The translations under genes and the position numbers were made by a program. This document shows positions 61,218 through 64,000 of a stretch of DNA of 64,000 bases, one piece after another. This DNA is from an uncultured Verrucomicrobiae bacterium (GTDB taxonomy: Bacteria; Verrucomicrobiota; Verrucomicrobiia; Chthoniobacterales; Chthoniobacteraceae): assembly GCA_963828525.1 (NCBI GenBank), contig CAWHEP010000002.1:160001-224000 (forward strand), given 5' to 3'. Under the pieces are notes generated by a model. It was not told the origin of the DNA. It ran no database searches and was given only the letters and a program-made list of their open reading frames with translations. Within the stretch, counting starts at the first letter, position 1; each line of letters opens with the position of its first letter.

Positions 61218-62174
61218 ATGCGCGAGGAAAAGGTGCAACCTCTTAGCGGAAAGGACGTCACGAAACATTCGGTAGTTTCAATGTTCTCAGGGTGCGGGGG
61301 CATGGACCTTGGATTCAAAGGTGGGTTCGAAATATTTGGGCGTCGTTACGAGTCTCTGCCGTTTGAAATAGTGTGGGCGAATGACTTTAACGGGCAGGCT
61401 TGCAAAACCTACCGACGGAACCTGGGCTCCGAAATTCATCGGGGGGATGTGTGGACGCTTTTGGAGACGCTGCCGAGGCATGCAGACGTTTTGATCGGCG
61501 GCTTTCCCTGTCAGGATATTTCAATCAATGGGAACCGCGCCGGAGTCAATGGCCGGAAGAGCGGCCTCTACAAGGCAATGATTGACGCGATTAAACGGGT
61601 CAAACCTGAGGTGTTCGTGGCAGAAAACGTCAAGGCGTTGCTTCGTCACGATGGCTGGCTTCAACAGGTGGTTACTGACTTCGAGTCGCTTGGGTATACG
61701 TTGAGCTATCAATTGTACCGCGCGGCGGACTACGGCGTTCCCCAGACTCGGGAGAGGGTGTTTTTTGTTGGCACCGCTCCAGGCGTCAGACCATTTGCAC
61801 CCCCTGAGCCCGAGCGGAATGCGTCAACGTGGATGACCGCGAAGGAAGCAATCGGTGATTTGGAGGGGCTGGAGCGCTCGACTCCTATAAACCATGTTTG
61901 GAGCGAGGCTAATATCAGCCCGGAGCAAGGGAACCGCAGATTGATTTCCGATCGACCGGGCTATACGATTCGCGCTGAGTGTCACGGGAACATTCAGTTT
62001 CATTACAAACTTGCCCGCAGGATTTCCATGAGAGAGGCAGCCAGGATTCAATCGTTTCCTGACGAGTTCCTGTTCGCGTCGGGGTTGCGTCAGACAGAGA
62101 GACAGGTGGGTAATGCTGTGCCCCCAGTTCTCGCCTGGCATGTTGCAAAATCTGTCATAGCCTGTTTCAAATGA
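61218..62174 (+). CDS. DNA (cytosine-5) methyltransferase, no adjacent endonuclease
   Basis: FSGCGGMDLG, GGFPCQ, AENV, PQTRERVF, REAARIQSFP and QVGNAVPP motifs. Confidence 0.93.
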   Translation: MREEKVQPLSGKDVTKHSVVSMFSGCGGMDLGFKGGFEIFGRRYESLPFEIVWANDFNGQACKTYRRNLGSEIHRGDVWTLLETLPRHADVLIGGFPCQDISINGNRAGVNGRKSGLYKAMIDAIKRVKPEVFVAENVKALLRHDGWLQQVVTDFESLGYTLSYQLYRAADYGVPQTRERVFFVGTAPGVRPFAPPEPERNASTWMTAKEAIGDLEGLERSTPINHVWSEANISPEQGNRRLISDRPGYTIRAECHGNIQFHYKLARRISMREAARIQSFPDEFLFASGLRQTERQVGNAVPPVLAWHVAKSVIACFK

Positions 62175-62253
62175 TCCCGGCGCTGGGAAGTCCGGAACGA
62201 CGAAGTCAGGCGCGTTCTACCGCTTATCGAAAAGAACCTGGATGGTTTCCAAC

Positions 62254-62968
62254 CTAGTGAAAGCGGTTGTAGATGCGAGTCCAGAAAGGCGCAAAGCTCG
62301 CCAGCAGCTTGTCGTACGCGGCTCGTTCTGCCTTCTTGCGGGCGGCCTCAATGGCGCTAGCGCTGCCCCAAGCCATCGTCAGTCCGGAACGCGTGTCGCC
62401 CTCTTCAAGCGCGCCATAGATATAGCCGGTCTTCGTGTCCATCAAGATGGCGGAGGCCGTGGAGTTAATCTTGTAATGCTTGTTGGGCACGAGGCCGAGA
62501 CTGAGGGTCGTCAGCGGCGCGATCACGTTGTTGTCGCTGAACTCGGTGGCAAGCGTGTAGATAAGAATGGCATCGGCCTGCAACTTCGCCGACGCCTCGC
62601 GAAGATCGAGATCGGACGAAAAAGACTTCGGCAACAGGAGCCGGTTGAGGGCGACTATGCCCGCAACGCCGCGCAACTTGGAAAGATTGTCGATGTCTTG
62701 TTCTGTTTCGATGTCTCGCGTCGTGACCACGCTATAAGCTCCAGAGCCAACGCCTTCAGCGGACTCCGAGCGGTATCCGCTCTCCTGAATCCGCACCACG
62801 GCAAGATTGGCCGGAAATTTGATTGCCGGGCCGGGCCACGAAGGCCTTCTTGACTCGCGGATCGGTGAACGTGCTCAGGTCGGCTTGACGTCCGGGCGTG
62901 ACATAGCTGGCGCACGAGCAGAGGAACAATGCCGTGAACAGGGTAAGGCTGACATGGAGGGGCTTCAT
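62254..62968 (-). CDS. Hypothetical lipoprotein, frameshift near 62825
   Basis: MKPLH...LFLCSCASYVTPG lipobox fragment joins IKFPANLAVVRIQESGY...ILMDTKTGYIYG. Confidence 0.65.
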
Positions 62969-63231
62969 AGATTTCAGATGCGTGAGCAATAGCTGACGGG
63001 AGGCAGGGTGGTAGAAGCGCTTTTGCCGATATGCTTTGATTGGCCGGACCCGTAGGGATTGCGGTTATGCTTCGAGAAAAGAACCAAGGTTGCAAGTCCT
63101 AATGTCTCCACCAAAAGCTCCAGGGTGTGACCATCATCTGGATACGTGGAACGATGCCTCGGCGCCTTCCTGACACTGATCGAATGGTTGCAGATCTGCG
63201 AGTGGAGCCGCAACGGGTGGCGGGCGGCATC

Positions 63232-64000
63232 TCAGTCAGTATTTTCCTCCAAAATTAGTCCCTGCCCAACGATACGGGTTTCCCCTTCGATTTTATGAAG
63301 CGTCATAACTTTAGAGTGAGAATCTTCCGCAAGTAGGTCTCCAAGTTTCTTGGAATGCGTAGTAACCCAAACTTGGGAGCGCTCCGAGGCACGGCGAATC
63401 AAACTTGCGAGAGGTATCAGTACGTCCGGGTGCAGGCTGTTTTCCGGTTCGTTGAGAATAAGCAACGGCGCTGGCGCCGGACTGAGTAGAGCGGCCAGCA
63501 AGCATAGGTAACGCAATGTGCCGTCTGAAAACTCCGAAGCATGGAGGCTTCGCTCCATTCCTGGAGCCTCGAGTTCCAGCCAAAAAGAGCATCCCTCCTG
63601 AGGAATATGTAATCGACTGCCTGGAAAAACAGCCTGGATCGACTCCTCTAGTGTTTTCGCATCGCCTTCTTGACGAATGGTCTGCAGCGCGGCAGCCAAG
63701 TCAATACCGTCATGCGCTAGAATTGGGGTGCGAACGGAAGGCTGGGCATGCCTCAAAGGTGACTCAGGATCGGTTCGGAAAGAGTCGTAAAAGCGCCACT
63801 CTTGGAGGTCGCGTCCCAAAATTGAAAGTTCTGGATAAAGGTGAGGTTCTCTCAACTGGGCTAAAACCGGTTCGGCAGGACTCAGGTTGCCAGAATACGA
63901 CGTCCGTTTTCCCTCTCGATTCATGACCCACGCTCCAGATGCTGATCGCTCGAAGTAAGTATTTCCCTTCCGTCGAGGTGAACCCATCCAGACAAATTCT
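63232..64000 (-). CDS. ABC/AAA_21-type predicted ATPase, 5'-truncated by window edge
   Basis: FSDGTLRYL signature, LILNEPENSLHP Walker B and VTTHS H-loop. Confidence 0.88.
   Translation of the reverse strand, partial: EFVWMGSPRRKGNTYFERSASGAWVMNREGKRTSYSGNLSPAEPVLAQLREPHLYPELSILGRDLQEWRFYDSFRTDPESPLRHAQPSVRTPILAHDGIDLAAALQTIRQEGDAKTLEESIQAVFPGSRLHIPQEGCSFWLELEAPGMERSLHASEFSDGTLRYLCLLAALLSPAPAPLLILNEPENSLHPDVLIPLASLIRRASERSQVWVTTHSKKLGDLLAEDSHSKVMTLHKIEGETRIVGQGLILEENTD

Overview
GC-rich bacterial DNA, probably Verrucomicrobiota (inferred from protein style, the NuoE-F fusion and the RAYT-type remnants). The left half (1-33.6 kb) is mostly accessory. It holds an ArsS-type radical SAM gene facing a glycosyltransferase plus a second radical SAM gene, a DUF433/PIN toxin-antitoxin pair, a GH2 hydrolase and a Vsr-C5 methylase-HNH restriction-modification locus. 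It also holds a tightly coupled 14-gene, probably sigma-54-driven nitrogen-scavenging operon (urtABCDE, creatininase-like, GlnT-type ligase, second ABC transporter, Rieske oxygenase, FGE-domain, TIM-barrel and deacetylase-like genes), a porin-like gene, dinG, lptF/G and a GT-C gene among IS481 and RAYT debris. The right half (33.7-61.2 kb) is housekeeping: beta-CASP nuclease, rho, a probable 6S RNA, typA, nuoD-N, yqeY, ispD, M16 peptidase, tig-clpP-clpX, S41 protease and tsaD. An orphan C5 methylase, a lipoprotein and an AAA ATPase follow. Single-base indels break several accessory genes and look more like sequencing error than decay. The best candidates for undescribed systems are the nitrogen operon of unknown substrate and the ArsS/glycosyltransferase/second radical SAM cluster. 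All family assignments come from motifs recognised by eye; no searches were run.
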